A DNA stretch of 33,970 nucleotides from Callorhinchus milii (Eukaryota), in assembly GCF_018977255.1 (NCBI RefSeq), contig NW_024705572.1, positions 1 to 33,970 on the forward strand, in the 5' to 3' direction. Within the stretch, counting starts at the first letter, position 1, and the number at the start of each line of letters is the position of its first letter. Both the position numbers and the translations under genes were made by a program. Shown piece after piece: positions 33,115 through 33,970 of the stretch. A model generated the notes under the pieces. It ran no database searches and was not told the DNA's origin. It saw only the letters and a list, made by a program, of their open reading frames with translations.

Positions 33115-33485
33115 TGGTGAGGCAAGTGCTATTATTGAGCACCTTTGAAGGCCGGCATGGCAAAACGGGGTAGAAATGGTCAGTACCACACCTGGCCATC
33201 TTTGTCTCATAGTTTCTGCTGATTACCTATTGTACCAGGCACTCGTTTAATGCAGACTCAACCTAGAGGACCCAAAACCAGTGTAGATATCACGTGCTAT
33301 TGATAACTGTGGCTGAGTTTGTTGTGCAGCATGGCTCGCCAAAAACACACACATAGGGTATGCACACAAATATACACAGATAAAACGAGAAAAATCTCCC
33401 ATGTAGTTTTTGACAGGCTATTGGGATTAGTTCTGCTAGCGAGCACCTAAGAAGGCCAATACGGCACATGAAGGGTTGGATAAAT
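33115..33485 (-). mobile_element. Two old SINE fragments
   Basis: GAGCACCT..GAAGGCC motifs at ~33137 and ~33441; TTTGTCTC, CCAGGCACTC and GACTCAACCTAG. Confidence 0.6.
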
Positions 33486-33970
33486 ACACACTAACAATAA
33501 CAGCCATTCGCCAATAAAATTGGTGGCGTCAACAAAGTGATTGTGCCAGGCTAAGTGCACATTGAGGTCATGTGGACTGTCGAAGGCTCGTGGGCAGGAG
33601 GTTACAGGAGAGATAAAGGTGCCATAGGTTGAGTGCCATGAATGACTGGCAGATCTACCACCTGTGCTGCACTCCGCTCGTTGTAGTGAGCATCACTTAT
33701 CCGCCCTCCGTTATTGTTGGAGGCGGACATCCTTCACAAAACTCCTCGAGAGAGGCTGATCTTGAAACCACTGGTCGAGCTGTTGGCAAGCCCAAGCAGC
33801 TCCACATGCTTCTGTTACACAGCAGTCAAACTCTTGCCTATAGGTTTAGCCCCTTATATCTGGACAAACAGAAGCTGTTTGGGTACGCAGTGACTGGCCA
33901 GTTGGGCTACATGACCCAGCCAATGCTGCCACATCTGCCTTAGGATCTTATTGATGGGAATTTGTCCAGA

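Overview
Repeat-dense animal genomic DNA. The NLR gene points to a vertebrate; a jawless fish such as lamprey is plausible but cannot be proven here. Main contents: (1) Penelope-like elements (PLEs, RT + GIY-YIG): two long copies (1-~2480 +; ~10525-13056 -) and several tiny or non-autonomous derivatives. They share a terminal module of TATA, minimal type I hammerhead ribozyme (HHR), U-rich tract and first codons MNPCSHESFKS. Eight HHR copies show covarying stems. (2) A full-length Ty3/Gypsy element (14799-21514) with ~520-bp LTRs and a tRNA-Leu PBS but no target-site duplication (TSD). (3) A composite minisatellite with an internal strand inversion (13057-14798). (4) A multi-level nest: STPR-bearing Helitron relic > minisatellite > hAT > Helitron > SINE (~5580-7513). 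(5) A minus-strand CARD-FISNA-NACHT NLR gene (exons 30972-31352 and 26124-27793) with only one visible LRR. (6) tRNA-derived SINEs, MITEs, LINE relics and a probable solo LTR. Every coding region is broken by 1-bp indels, many in homopolymers, so some frameshifts may be assembly errors. All calls were made by eye, without database searches.
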